This document shows, one piece after another, positions 15,708 through 30,936 of a stretch of DNA of 64,000 nucleotides. Positions within the stretch are counted from its first letter, which is position 1; every line of letters begins with the position of its first letter. Source of the stretch: the human T2T-CHM13v2.0 reference genome, Homo sapiens. The DNA lies in assembly GCF_009914755.1 (NCBI RefSeq), contig NC_060946.1. One strand, 5' to 3'. Under the pieces are notes generated by a model that had not been told where the DNA came from, did no database searches, and was given only the letters and a program-made list of their open reading frames with translations. The position numbers were made by a program, and so were the translations under genes.

Positions 15708-16413
15708 CAGTGGTCCTCAATCTGGGCTTCCATTAAAAAACTTAGGAAACAATATGAATGTGCACAGGTCCCAACCTAGATGAATTCATATAGCATCTCT
15801 GGAGGTGGGGGTCTAGTTATCAGCATTTAAAAAAAAATTTTAATTTAATTTTACGGTCCGGGATACATGTGCAGGACATGCAGGTTTGTTACATGGTAAA
15901 CATGTGCCACAGTGGTTTGCTGCACAGATCAACCCATCACTTAGCTATTAAGCCCAGCATCCATTAGCTACTCTTACTGATGCTCTCCCTCCCCTGCCAA
16001 CTCCCCAACAGGCCCCAGTGTGTGTTGTTCCCCTACTTGTGTCCATGTGCTCATTGTTCAGCTTCCACTTATGAGTGAGAACATGCGATTTTTGGTTTTC
16101 TTTTCCTGTGTTACTCTGCTGAGGATAATGGCTTCCAGCTTCATCCATGTTCATGCAAAGGACATTGTCTCATTCCTTTTTATGGCTGCATAGTATTCCA
16201 TGGTGTATATGTACCATATTTTCTTTATTGAATCTATCACTGATGGGCATCTGGGTTGATTCCAGTCTTTGCTATTGGGAATAGTGCTGCAATAAACATA
16301 TGTGTGCATGTATCTTTGTAACAGAATGATTTATATTCCTTTGGGTTTTCAGCATTTTTAAAAACAGCCACTCCCATGGGATTCTCATGTGTAATGAAGG
16401 TTGAGAAATGCTG
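15708..16413. mobile_element. MER5-type MITE interrupted by an L1 3' end
   Basis: cagtggtcctcaa ... ggttgagaaatgctg; the two halves flank the L1 insert. Confidence 0.65.
15838..16345 (-). mobile_element. 5'-truncated L1PA 3' end
   Basis: Reverse complement of ORF2 C-terminus and 3' UTR; flanked by TSD-like tcagcattt(tt)aaaaa. Confidence 0.9.
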
Positions 16414-17622
16414 GCTGAGGCATTTCCCCAGACTCTCTAGATTCAAAGGAAGTCTTAGCATTGCCACACTTAATTATAGTATTGCTCTGACCCTGCACTC
16501 CATTTCCCTTACACAAGCCTCTACTGTATTCTCTCAGCAGCTTCCATCATGTGACCCAGACCCACATGATTTCCTGGTATTGTAGCTCCTCCAAGCATAG
16601 GGCCTGCTTTGCTCCTCGGCATCGCCCTGCTTCCTGGAAGACAGTCTCCTTCAAAAGCAGTTCCCTTCTAGCCCAGCTGCCTGACTATCCAGCTTCTCCG
16701 GTTTCTGGTTCCTTTCTCTTGACCAATCACAGGTCACCTTATTCCAATATATGTTTCAATTTTTCATTCTCCATATGAGACTATATTCATTTAGCAATTT
16801 GTAATTTTTGTTAGAAAATGCCCTCCTTTTAATTAACATAAAGATTTCACACCCTCATTCAATGCCAAATATCTAATATCATTTGATATTTCAAAGTAAA
16901 TTAAATATTGCAGCCAAAGTCATTTTAGAAAAATTTAGAAAACTCAGTTTGATCTTAAAAGTTAATTTTGATCATGAGATGTCCACAGGAGAGCTGAGTC
17001 TGCCAACGTGTCATCAGCTTTTCTTTTCTAGGCAGTTTATAAGTCACAGCAAGACACAGGTCCAGGCTGAGCCATTTTCTTAAGTTTCAAAAGCATGGAA
17101 TCAGATTTGCTGTGGGAAGGAAAATGGCAATGATGACACACAAAGGCTGCTCGCTTTTTATGAGGTACACAGGGAATGTTTTGCCCCAAAATTCCCCTAA
17201 GTGATTTTCTGGAAGTTATCTTTGGCAACCAAAGCACACTTGAGTTCCAGCAAAGGCCCTGGAGACAGATCTTCTGACAAAGATGGAAGAACAGTTAAAA
17301 AAAAAAAAAAAAAAAAAAGGAGAGTTCCTCACTAGCTTCTAAAAAGAATTTGCAACTACAGTGCCAGGGAAAGAGGCCTGGATTCACTGCACCATAATAG
17401 GCTGAATGAGATCTGACTTTTGTCTTCCATAAAATCATTTCCAAGAACGTTAGCTTAAAGAGCTTCATTAAGTCAAGAAAATGAAGACATTTTTAGCACC
17501 AATTTGCTGTACCTATACCTGGGTTTAGACTACAAATGCTTGAAGTGTGTTCTAACGAGCAATGATACCAGTTTTTGTCTTTTGAAACTTCAGGTTCAAT
17601 GATTTCAAAGCTTCAAATGTTT

Positions 17623-17660
17623 TGTTGTGTGTGTGTGTGTGTGTGTTTTTTTTTTTTTTT
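17623..17660. repeat. (TG)n followed by poly(T)
   Basis: Direct reading. Confidence 0.9.
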
Positions 17661-18618
17661 GCCAAATATGCTAAGTTTTGAAAGTTGGAGGCAGTTGGTC
17701 TTTGAACTGCTGTTACCATGGTGGGGCAACCATGTCTTCCTGCTTCTATAACTGGCCCGTCATATACTCAAGGAGTCTGAGTATGGACAAAAGGGCTTTG
17801 TTAGTAGCATTCAAATCGTCACCAACCAAGGCCAAAAAAGATAATGTATTTAGTGCTCTGTTTCCTAGAAAAATGGAAGGACTTGACAGCAGAGTGAAGG
17901 TCTTCTCTTAGATCACCAGGTGGTTTAGAAAACCGTCATTGGAGGGTAATGATAACAGTGTATACTAGAAAAGGTGAATAGATATTCACCGCAAATCCTG
18001 ACAATTGATCTGTGTGTGAGAGCACAATAAATTCACATTCCAGTCATCTTTGAAGAGCCTCTGCCCCCAGTTAGCCCCTAAACTTCAATCACTTTTACAC
18101 AGCCTTGAAGACATCACCAGCGTTAGTGACGGTCTCCAATGGTTGAGTCTGAGAAAGCATCCTTTCTCCTTCCCCAGTTTCTTGAGTCCTATTTCATACA
18201 TATGCAATAGTTGGACACAATCCCCTTTGTTGGTAGATTCATCAAAACTAAAAGCTAAACAACCATAACGATTTTATCCTTTGCAAAGCATCAACTGAGT
18301 GTCCTCAATGTGGCTATTTACTATAAAATCAAATGCAGAAATACTATAGAATTTCTTAATTTTCTCTTTAGCAGCACTCAAGATGAAAGATTTCATAAGT
18401 GTTTTTTCCACTGATTTAATTTTTTAAAACCTTTGCAATAAATGTGTTATTTGATATGAAATATTCATAGCCCTTATAAAATCCCACTAAAATGTTCCAA
18501 GAGTGAGGCGAATCACACGTGCTAAGAATCATATTTTACAGTAAAAATTTTTAATGAGGTTTGATTTTTTTTTTTGTAGCTAAAATCTTGTTCAAATCAG
18601 AAGACCCACATGGGATGA

Positions 18619-19065
<447 letters not shown>

Positions 19066-19528
19066 ATTTCTGTGATTTTTTTTTTTTAAATGAGGAGCAC
19101 TGACAATAATGTCTGGTTTGGGTTACAGAGGATGAAAGATTTCAATGGCAAACAGCAGCTATTTGAGGATGCCAGACAAATCAGCAAAGCCCTGACCCCA
19201 TTCATTCCTGCTCCTTGGGCTTCTGTGCCCCTCCTGCTTCACTTGAGAGGAGAAATATCCAAGTGAAATTCAGATCTACAGAGAAGAGTTAGGGACTCTC
19301 ATCAAAAAGGATCCAACAGAATGATGACCGTACATCATGAGTGTGTCTTTAATTGGACTGCATCAGAATTGAACTATGGTGTTCTGCTGTCCTCGGGAGG
19401 GAGGGGGACTACCAGATAACCCACTCAGACTTTGATATCCTTCTCTGTATTTGGAAGACAGTTGTTCCATGAATGTCTTGGGACTGTAAGAAGAAAACTG
19501 AATGTGAAACATGACTAAAAATCTAGAG

Positions 19529-19735
19529 CAGGGGTGTCCAATCTTTTGGCTTCCCTGGGCCACACTGGAAGAAGAATTGTCTTGGGCCACACATAAAAAA
19601 CACTAACACTAAGGACAGCTTAGGAGCCAAAAAAAAAAAAAAAAAAAAAAAAGGAAAAGAATCTCATAGTGTTTTCAAAGTGGCCAAATTTGTGTTGGGC
19701 CACATTCAAAGCTGTCCACAGGTTGGATAAGCCTG
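19529..19735. mobile_element. MER30 hAT-Charlie MITE
   Basis: caggggtgtccaatcttttggcttccctgggccacac ... gttggataagcctg; internal A-run; degenerate 8-bp TSD atctagag/gtccagag. Confidence 0.85.
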
Positions 19736-20672
19736 GTCCAGAGAGTGTTCTTTAGGCTATGCGTCAGGTAGAATGGTCAGTTTGCCTATCTGACCACTGC
19801 CCCTGAAATGGTGCACCTGCCAAACCTGAGCAAAAGTTCTCTTCCCTTATACTGCATGTAAGCAAGATCAACATGGGAGGAAAGGCCCTGCCCCATCTTT
19901 TCAGGAGCCCCAGCATCAGTGAGGATGGACTTGACTTGCACCATATTCTCGGGGCCCTCTGACATACCCCATCTCCTCTACAGTCAACTGGCTTTGAGAC
20001 AAATCACCGCCCTTCATCCAAACTCCCCACCCCTTGCCTAGCCTTCTATGGAGACCACCTGCTATGCAAGCCACACTTCACCAGAAGTGTCCAACTCTGG
20101 CCTGCAGTGTTCACTCTTCGATAGTGGAACCAGATGAGAGACAGAAATGATGGGGCTGGTAAAAAGAGGAATAGAAAGAGCTAGTTATCAAAGATAAGGG
20201 GGACTCTGTACTTGTTAAAGTTAGCAGTGGCAACATAGCCATCCAACGGCATGAGTAGCTGCCATCCAGAATATTCTAACCCATTCCAAAAAAAAAAATG
20301 GAAGCAAGTACTTTTGTGAATGTCATTGATTCCTTCAATGGCATCCCCCTGCTGTAAAATGCCACTTCACCTAAATCACTGTTATCTTCCTCAGCTCCAT
20401 TGTAAATTAAAAACAAGAGAAAACAAGCAAAAGCCTGGCTGGACATTCCTTTGCCTATAAGTGACTGTCCTCCTTTTTCCTATCTTCTTTTCCTTCTTCA
20501 CAGTAGTGTCCAACCACCCTTTATCAGTTTGACTTACATTAAAGTTATATTCCAATTCCAACAAGTATCTATATTAGAAAAAGAAATAAGAGGAGGAAAA
20601 TGAAAAACAAAATCACCTCTTTTTTCACCCTTTCCTGACAAATCCAAACCATCCCTTAGGAGAAAATCAGAA

Positions 20673-21290
20673 TGAGGAATGAGGTTTTATCGAAACCGAT
20701 CAGGGAGAGAGGGGAATAGAAGATTTCATCAGGAGTTCAGCTTGACAGAAATAACGCTTTATTGGGATGGGCACTTGGCAAAGATAACATGTTACCAAGA
20801 GCAAGATAGATGTTTGGGTAAAATCTTGTGTTAATACTTATTAAGGTCAAAACCCGCCATCTCTACTTTTGACGGACGGGTATTTTCTTCCAAGTCCTAC
20901 ACCGGAGAGTTTTTATAAGGTGCTTCCAGCAGTCTTATAAAAGTAAGAAGAATAAAACTAAGAACCCTCAACTCAATACCACTATAAGGCAAAGTCAGGA
21001 TTTTCCTCTGCAAGCTGAGAGGAATGATGCGCTTGAGTGCAGGAAGTAACAGGCGCAGAGGACCAAGGGGAAGCCTATGATGGTGAAGCCTCCAGTACAG
21101 GATCCCAATTTCTGACCCCAAAAAGAAAAGCCCCTTGCAGGACAGAGGCCCACCTGAGGGACTGATCTCAGAGACAGTGTCAGGATGGGGATGACGCGGC
21201 TGATTGGCCAAGAGGATATCCTGGTTCAAGCCTTGCTAAACTTTCTGAAATTGCTGGTGAAATCTACTGTACTTTATACTTCCATGTTTT
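20673..21290 (-). mobile_element. Possible solo LTR or promoter-like module, family not recognised
   Basis: On the minus strand, CCAAT (21208-21204), TATAAAAA (20917-20910) and AATAAA (20763-20758) occur in U3-R-U5 order; no TSD found; boundaries uncertain. Confidence 0.35.
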
Positions 21291-21479
21291 GGCTCTGAAG
21301 AGTCCTCAGTGGACCAACGATCTTCACCAACAAGGATTTCAGGAGCCCCTACATATACAAGCCCTGTGCCAAGTTCCTGAATGCAGGGCTGGCAGTTGGA
21401 ATAAGCATTAAAAATGTTGTATTATTTCCTTTGCATGTTTTGTCATTTGGTGAATTACCATGGACCCTCCAACACCTGG

Positions 21480-22960
21480 CTCAATAATTTCTTCTAGGAA
21501 CCCTTCTCCAATCTGCCCAGGGTGAGTTGGCTCCTTCTCTTCTTTCACCATCCTTGGATTTCCTACTACCTTCCACAACGTAGATAAGGTAGTGGCTCTC
21601 ACCCCATGTGTAACAGCTCTTTATGCCACCTCCATTGTCTCAACACGTCAACTGAACACCTGTTCAGGGCAGGAGCCAGGCTGAATCACCTGTGCTTCCC
21701 AGTGCCTGGCACAACGTGTATACACCGTGGCCATTCCTACACAGCCACAACACTGTGGAAGGAGATGATGACTTAGGAGTCCTTTCATGTCCCCACATCC
21801 AAACCACAGCCTTGGATTTCCACCTCCAAAACCTTCTGCTTCTTTTCTCAGCAAATGTCATCACTTTTGTTCCCCACTGCACAGGCCAAAAATCTAGGAC
21901 TCACTCCTGAATTTCTTCCCTCATGTCCCACATGTATGTCATTAGCAATGTATTGCAATGTTGGTTTGATCTTAAAATATACCCTGGATACAAACACTTC
22001 CCCACAACCCCCACCACTATGACCCCAGTTCTGGGACCTTTTACCTGGACTCACTCAATAGCCACCTAACAGGCCACTCTGCCTCACTCATTCTACTTGT
22101 CACTCACAGCCAGATGGCCTTTAAAAATGGCTATCAGGGCCGGGCACAGTGGCTCATGCCTGTGATCCCAGCACTTTGGGAGGCCAGTGTGGGCGGATCA
22201 CAAGGTCAAGAGATCAAGACCATCCTGGCCAACATGGTGAAACCCCGTCTCTACTAAAATACAGAAATTAGCTAGGTATGGTGGCACATGCCTATAGTCT
22301 CAGCTACTCGGGAGGCTGCGGCAGAAGAAACGCTTGAACCCAAGAGGCGGAGGGTGAGCCAAGACTGCACCACTGCACTCCAGCCCGGTGACAGAGCGAG
22401 ACTCCATCTTAAAAAAACAACAACAACAGCAACAACAACAAAAAAACTGGTTATCAGACCACATGTCTATCCTGTTCGAACCCAGGGCTTTGAACCTGCC
22501 TTCCCATCAACCACAGTTATCTTTCCGACCTCAAAATGCTCCTCTGCTCCCTGGGCACCAGCCATGCCGGCCTGGCATATGCTCCTGGGATACATAGCAA
22601 GCACTCTCCCACTCAGGGCCTCTACACTTGCTGTTGCCTCTTCCCTCGTTCATTAGGAATCTGCTTAAATATAATACCATTCTTCAGAGCAGCATCTGTA
22701 AGCCAACCTTTAAAACCCCATCCCTGCCCATCCTGAGGCCACAGTGTTTCTTTCACTCTGTCCCCTGGTTTATTCTTCTCCGCTCCACAAATCACAACAC
22801 TCTCCTCAAGTATAAACTTATCTGTTTCCTTTTTATTTGCCTGTCTCCACCTCATGAACACAAGTTCAATGGTAGCAGAGTCTTCTGTGGATCTGTTTCA
22901 ACAACAGTATCTCCAGGGTCTGGAACCAAGCACACAGTAAGCACTCAAAAGACATATCTT
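21480..22960. mobile_element. LINE-2 fragments, interrupted by an Alu (other L2 pieces at ~44300-45000, 56100-56460, 60200-60450)
   Basis: L2-like 3' motifs such as cccagtgcctggcaca and tatctccagggtctggaaccaagcacacagtaagcactcaa; boundaries approximate. Confidence 0.55.
22138..22442 (+). mobile_element. Alu (AluSc-like) with (CAA)n tail
   Basis: TSD aaaaatggctatcag/aaaactggttatcag. Confidence 0.93.
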
Positions 22961-23163
22961 GATACTAAATCAAGAACGCAGGTGAATACAAGCAACTTTT
23001 GCAACAGTTCAGTGATGAGAATCGGATTTCAAATGAGGATCAAGATTAGGGCTCCCTTACTGACCAGCCACTTTGGCGGGATGAATGTCATACATTATCT
23101 TATATAGTGATTTCAGTTCTCTGAAACGGGTTTATTGTCCCCATTTTAAAGAAGCAGAAACAG

Positions 23164-23477
<314 letters not shown>

Positions 23478-26400
23478 TCACTGGGCTTAAGTAAAGTTTA
23501 AGTAACTTGCAAGATTTACTGCAAAAAGAAGTTAAAAAAAAAAAGATCAAATTGACTCCAAAAAAAACCTCGATTTTCATTTTACTTTCTGCATCTAAAT
23601 ATCTCTTTCCAGGAAATAAAGGTTGTACTTCTATACAACAAGCTGGGGATACCCTCTTGCAAGATGCCACTTGCAGGAAAGAGAAGCAGCAGCCTTGTTT
23701 CAACAAGATTCAGGAAAGTAAGGAACTTGGTGCAGAAAGATGAATAACAAGAGAATCCAAATCATACCATTTTTAACAGTCTGCTGAACTCTACCAAGGC
23801 ACAGCAAGAACAAGCGAGGCTGATAAAGCAGCCCAAGTATACTATTATTACACTCAGAGGGCAAGCATGGATGCAGAAGAAAGGAAAGAAGAATCAGAAA
23901 GAAGGCAATTTCCTGACATCTTAATCTGAACACCCTGGCTACCCTGCCTGGGTTGTCCTGTGCCCTTTCAAAAGGACACTGGCAGCTGCCTAAGCAGGAG
24001 AGCTACCGCAGAGAGTGCATGAGGCCATTATTTCTAGAGCTGTAAGCAATCCTGCTACTGCCAATAGAGACGCACCTATTCTGCCTTCTGTAGCCTACAA
24101 AACAGAAAGGAGGTGGGAGCAGGGAAGAGATGCACACATGATAATAAAAGGGGTCAGGAGGTCTCAGCTGCCAGGCTCAGGTCAGACAGGAGAAGTGACA
24201 CACAGGAGGAATCAGAAATCTTTTTCTGCAACCGCCAGTGGATTCAGAGGCTGGTCTGAGGCAGCAGTCTCCAGGATGGCCTAGAAATGGTTAATTCACA
24301 GTTTCTCTACTGATGAGTAGCTTCAGCTGCTCATCAATAGAATCTCCAGCTGATAATTATTAAGTGAAACTTGGGGCTTGCATTTGCATATGTAAAGCAC
24401 ACTTCCCTCCAAAGCCACAATGGGAGTGAGAATGCACTTCCTGATTGTACAGCACTGGGGAGGCTTGGGTGGGTGGGGCTTCAGTCTGCTTTGCATGTGC
24501 TTCTCCACGCTAATCAAGCCAGATATTCAGCAGAAATAAACCCCACATCCCAAAATATGCCATTTGTCAAAATCCAGAGCTCACATAGGAGACCTCTCTC
24601 TCTCCAGATCCCAGAAGGCTGCATTCCACCACAATAAGCCTCTATAAGGGTTATAATTACTCAGCCCGGTGCATGCACCCACGTGCACACACCCTCGCAT
24701 ATACACACACCTGGGTTGTTTTGCTGGATGATGGGAGAGTTATATGAGTTTCTCCAGAAAGAAGGCTTCCATCCTTCTCACATATTCCTGACACTTTTTT
24801 TCCATCTTTGCACCTGTGGACTAAGAAGCGTCAGCCCCAAACAACAAGCCAGAAGGAAATGCAAACAGCATCAAATTCTAAGTATCTGATGGCTTATCTC
24901 TATCATGACGTTTATCTCAGTCTGTGAGGAAAGTCACTGAGCTCCTCCTCCTACAGGAAAGGATGCCTTAACAGAAAAGCCATTACTCCCAGGAGAAAAG
25001 CCAGGAACACTGGCCTTAGCCTGGCTTGAAAACATCAGAGCCTTCTAAATACCAGTGTCAGCTGTAGGCACTACAGCCTGATTGTAATGAGAAAGCCACT
25101 GGGGCCAAGAAAAGGTGCCTAAAAGTATACTTAAAACATTCGAAAGACAGAAGCAGACAACAGGATTAAAAACATAATATAAATTATTAACTCTGGGTCT
25201 CTTCATCATTGGTTAAGATCGTGATCCCCTGGTCCTCACTGTCATCTGTTAAATGGGGGTAAAAACAGGCATGCTCTTACCAGCACCATTAAGGCATGTA
25301 TAAACTAGGAACACTTTAGTTTATCACATACAAACATGCATTTATTGGACAATTTTTGGTTATGGGGCAAAGGCCTTTTCTATAAGGACATGCCCGCTGT
25401 CTGAAAATCCTACCTTGCCTTCCTGGCATAAATCACAGACATCGCCACACACTTTTATCTTTTCTTTTTCTTTCATAGTGTGGGGTAAACTTAAAAGATA
25501 TGTGTAAACTAATCAGAGTACAGAATTCCTTTCCTATTTTTATCTTTTCCGCCATTTTTCAGTTGTCTTGCCAACATCTTATTTGACAGCTCTTCTTAAG
25601 GCAATTTGCTTTTAGGCTACTGTTCCAAAATACACAACTTATTATTTTTTATAGAAACATTCCTTCCTGCACTCATATTTCACTGCTTTATGGAATAATT
25701 AATTAAACTGTATTTGTTAATTATAGGTAAAGATATGCTATAATAAGCTTGATGAAACTGAGCACACAGTTTAACTGGTGCAATCAGCAATGCTAAACAG
25801 TACTAGAAAGTAAGCTGGTAGCTGGAGACTCCACATTCAGTGGGCAGTGAACACTCCTTTACCAGAGGGAATGGAGGAATCCTTGCTTATTGGATGTGTT
25901 CTTCAGTGGAGATGAGTTAAGGATCTTCCACTGAGCACTTACCTTGTGATACTGTCGAATAAATGAGATGAAGCACTAGAGGCATTTAGCTGCTCCAGCT
26001 AAGTATGAGATAAGGGCTTGACAACTTATTATTTACCTTATTATATCGGTTAAGTCACTTTCCCTGTAAAGTATGGGTGCTTCTCTGAAATAAACTCCCA
26101 TATGCTTCTGAGAAAAATAATACTCCTTTAGATCGGCGGAACTTGGAGACAGATTTTGGAGCATCTGAGGCTGTGCTAGTGCATTGATCACTCATGTCCA
26201 TTGATGCAGGTACGGAAGAGAGAGTGATTGTGCCCACTCTACATAAGGCAGGTGAGACCCAGAGACTCACAGGCACTTGCCTAAGATCTACAGGAAGGTT
26301 GAAAGCAGGACCCCAGAGATAATCAAATCCTTTCCTCTTTGTTATTTCCCATTCCCTGAACCTGCTTTTAGTATACATTTAGCTGCTTCTTCTCACCTTT

Positions 26401-28024
26401 CTAACTTTGGAAGTAGTGTAAGTATGTAATGGCGTAAAAAGATGGATAGAAACAGATCCTCCCTCGCAATAATGGAAGGGCAAGAGAGGGTTAATTTGCA
26501 GCACTCACAAGGACCCTTCAGCAGACCTCTGTCCTTCTGCATGAAACATTTCAGCCAACCTTGAGTCTTAACACCTCAGGCTACGTTACTGGCATCTCCC
26601 AGGCCCATAGAGTGGCAGCAGAGTGGAGAAAAGGCTCCCCTTGCTTTGCAGCAACTGAGCCATTACAAAGGAGGACTCAGAAGAGTTACTAGCGATGTTG
26701 ACTTTGGGGAAGTAATTTTATATCCCTCAGCTTCAATTAACTGGGAACATAGCTTTCCATCTATCTTTCAGGGCTGTTTTGAAAATGCATTTTTAAGCCT
26801 ATGGGAAAGGCCTAGGGAAAACAGGAAATCTTAAGGGAATAGGACATGATGTTCTCCTTAAGTGGAGATGCACAGGACTTCACTGAGATTACTATTACTG
26901 TTATTATTGGCCAACATTCATGCACCATGCTCTTCAATTTAGTAATAAAAACAGCCATCTCTGGTAGATTATAACATTAGTATCCTCCTATTATAGGGAT
27001 AAGGCAAAACTAAAGCAAAACAATGTCCACAGAGCTCAGAAAAGCCACCTGAGTTCTTTTGGTCTGGAGGAGGAAATGCACATCCCTCTTCCTTGATACT
27101 CATTGTTATCAGAAGGTTCCTGATGTTCTATTAGTTCCAGAAACAGAAATACCTGCTAGCTGAGGCCTGGGGAGACCTTTCCCACCTGCTGTGGGATAAA
27201 GCCCAAGATCTGCTCCCTGTGACTGGAGCTGCGCCAGAGTCCCCAAGCCTCCATCACCTCTAGATTAAATTACTGCAGCACATCTGTATTTTCTGTAATG
27301 CTGCAATATGCCAGGAGTCTGAGCCATCAGGCAACTTAATATATTTCCCTCTAAAGGAAAGAACACATACATTTGAAGCAAGTTATACCTACAATTTCTC
27401 AACAGAGACATGCATATGGGTCAATGTCTCACAACATGAATAAATGCAAAAGGCTCACATTGACCTGCACTGTTGTTGGTATTATAATTCATGAGGCCTT
27501 TTGCTATAACTAGGGAGTGCCGTTGTGTGTAACCAAAGAGGATGTGAGGTCGCAGGATGCAAGAGACACTGCAAGTCCCCAAGGTCAGGATTTTACAAAA
27601 ACTCTTCTCCTACAAATGAAAGGAGCCCTGTACTTGTCAACCTGTTTGTTTATTTGATTTTCTCCAGCCAACAAGCTCATTCTGGTTAAGATCCAATAGC
27701 AGTTATTCACTCATTCATTCACTCATTAAATTCATACATTTATGAAATATCTGCAGTGTCACTACAGAGTCCCTTTCCCTATCAATCACTATAAAGCCTA
27801 GTAGAAGAAAAAAGATAAAATCACACTGCAAAGAGAAAAATAGCAGGGTGAAGGACAGAGTGCTGAAGTAGCATTTGGAAGCACCTCCCAGCTCAGTCTT
27901 AAAGATTAAGGGAAAAACTTCGAGGACTCATCACGTACATGTTGAGATTGGAAAGGTGAGCACCAAGACGCTAGATTGAGAGACATGTTCAAGCAGAGGA
28001 AACGGCATATACAACATCTTAGAA

Positions 28025-28551
28025 CCATGGTTCCCAAACTGTGTGCCAAGGTGCCCCAGGGTGCCAAAGTGGACCCACGGGGGCACCGCAGGATACTTTA
28101 AAACTTCTAGAGAAGTGCAGCAATTCTCAGCACATGCTGGACACAGCCTCAACTATTAGCTCGAGGTAGTTCACAGTTTCAACATTAGAATGCACTAATT
28201 CCTTTGGTGGCTGTATTTAAACACAGCTGAATTTTCAGAACTTGCTATGATAAAAAACAATAACTGCATGGAAATCAGTGTGCAACGCCTGTCCAATCTA
28301 ATTCCAGAGTTTGAAAAATTGTACAGTGCCCAACAGGTCCATACATCCCATAAGCAAATAAATGTGGATAAGAGTGAAATAATGGTATTTTTCCCTTCAA
28401 TTTATATGTATCCTTTTTTTCAGACAGCTACTAAGTTGTTAGGACATAAATGCTTAATAACAAAATAGGTATTTCATTTTACCTACGGGTGCTGTGAAAA
28501 AATTACTGAGATGCCAAAGGCACCAAAAAATGAGAAAATGTGAGATCCTAT
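28025..28551 (+). mobile_element. Internally deleted hAT-Charlie transposon retaining the transposase C-terminus
   Basis: TIR-like catggttcccaaact; the frame at ~28215-28352 reads AEFSELAMIKNN...LSNLIPEFEKLYSAQQVHTSH, like the hATC end of Charlie/Buster transposases. Confidence 0.75.
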
Positions 28552-29283
28552 GGTTGGAGATCAGAGGGAGTAGAGCTTCCAGTGAACATAAAATACTGTG
28601 ATAGGACTCAAGCCCTGGTCGAAGTGGGGACCAGTGAAAGAAAATGCTGGAAAGACAAGTGGATCAGATTCCAGAGGGCCTTCTAGGCACACCAAAAAAC
28701 TTGGAACTTTATCCTGAGGCCAGGGGGAGCTAAAAAAGAGTTGTCCTCTAAACCTCCCTGCTGCAGGAAGTACACCACCACCTGAGTTTTACTGGATTTC
28801 CCCAGTTCCCAGAATGGCTACATTTCACCATCTATCATGCAGATACCACACTGCTGAGTCCATACTGAGTGAGATGAAAGCCATCATGAGATGTCTAGAG
28901 AATGGCCTGCAATTACACCTAAACACTGAACCAAAGTAAATACTATACGTAAAGTGTAAAATGCTTTACGAAGAAAAGTTATTACCTAGCATTCACGTAT
29001 GTGTGTTTCATACTCTACAATTAGTCAATCTACAGCAAAGTTGAGTCCTGCCTCAAACCCTCAAGCTGTTAATGTCTCCTTTCCTGGTTCCATATTATTA
29101 CCAAAGCTTATGCTAGATAGAGCTAGAACCGTTCATTCTCTAATCCCTAACACAACATTTGGCTATGAAGAGAAAGAGCTATATGGTGAAATCTGAAATG
29201 CTTAACTTCATGATGCAATATGTTCAGCATGCAGAATCAAAGTTATGTTGTCCTTTCTCTTAAGCATCGTTTAAGATTTTCAA

Positions 29284-29413
29284 CCCATCTATGCCTAGTG
29301 TTCCATTATTGGAACACTAAGCATGTGGGAGTTATTGATATCCTACCGTTCAAGGTCATCGCCAAGGTCTGATTGCAAAAATTCAAAAAATTGCAACCTC
29401 CAGCATAAATGGA
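29284..29413 (+). mobile_element. MER85 piggyBac (PGBD3-family) MITE, full length
   Basis: TIRs cccatctatgcct / cagcataaatgga; target site tcaa...ttaa; internal palindrome GTTCCATTATTGGAAC at 29300-29315. Confidence 0.9.
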
Positions 29414-30544
29414 TTAAGAATGGTGGCCATTCTTGTCTGTATGTGTGATATACTTGACAATAAAGAATACTGACAATTCATCTCCTAAAACATTTTACAT
29501 GAAGATGTTTTACCTTTCAAATGTTATGTTTAGGAGACATTTCTTACCACACATAAAAAATACTTATCAATCTTAAGCTACACTTGCTCTATCAGCCAAT
29601 TTATCAGGCAGTTCCAAAAGTTAGGAAACAGCTACATATTAGGTAATAAAAAAATCATCATGTACACCCCTGGGTTTTAGAAAGAAGAAGACCTACGAAG
29701 AGAGATGTTATAAAGCCTGTCCCAGATAAGCACAGAAGAGGAGACAGGTACCCACGTGTCTCTCACGCTCTTTCTTATACTAGACAGAAAATGGTCAGAG
29801 GACCAGAGACTTTGGCCACTCACAACACCTCCCTCAGAAAAACCGAAAATTGCAGCAAGAAAAGCTATCCCATCTATTAACCCTTCCACCTCATTCCTGA
29901 GGTTTCAATGAAGAGTGAGCTCTAGCAGAGCAACAAGCCTAACCTCTTGCCCCCACTTCCTTCCTAGGGAAGAGGAGTGACATCTGATTGCCAAGTCTGT
30001 GAGAAAGACTTTCCTGGTTCCATGCTCAGCCAGCCCTGCTCTCCTGTTCTTCCAGGGTCTGTCTGCCTGTAGACAGTATGTGCCATGTGTTCCTAGGAGA
30101 GGACTTGATACTGTTTGCTATGCTCCTGACCAGTTTGGGTGAGGAAGTAAGTCTATCTGGTTGAGACACATTCTCTAAACTGTTGGAACAAAAAGTAATA
30201 TTTTGATCTCTTTCTGCCTGGTCCTGTGTCTCTCAGTCTGTTCTCATTGCTGACATGTAAAAACTCAATGCTAGAAATAAGCTTAAGAACCAAAGGAGTT
30301 GGTAGAGAAGTAGATTTAAAATACCCCAAATCATCTGCATTTCATAAATATCTATACGGCACCTATTATGTGCAAGACAATATGCCAGGTGCTGAAGACA
30401 GTTGGTGAAGAAGGCAGATATGGTCTCTACCTGTGTGTTCTTTACAGCTCATCAGGAGGACAATCGATTGCCCAAATAATTATTTAGTTACACTGCGGTA
30501 AGTACAGGGTGCTCTGAGAGATTGTTATCAAGATGCTTTGTGTT

Positions 30545-30936
<392 letters not shown>

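Noticed and set aside
22628-23107. 159-aa ORF (and similar ones at 32612-33130 and 40008-40436)
   Set aside because: Overlap L2/MIR/Alu or low-complexity sequence; no recognisable domain or exon structure.
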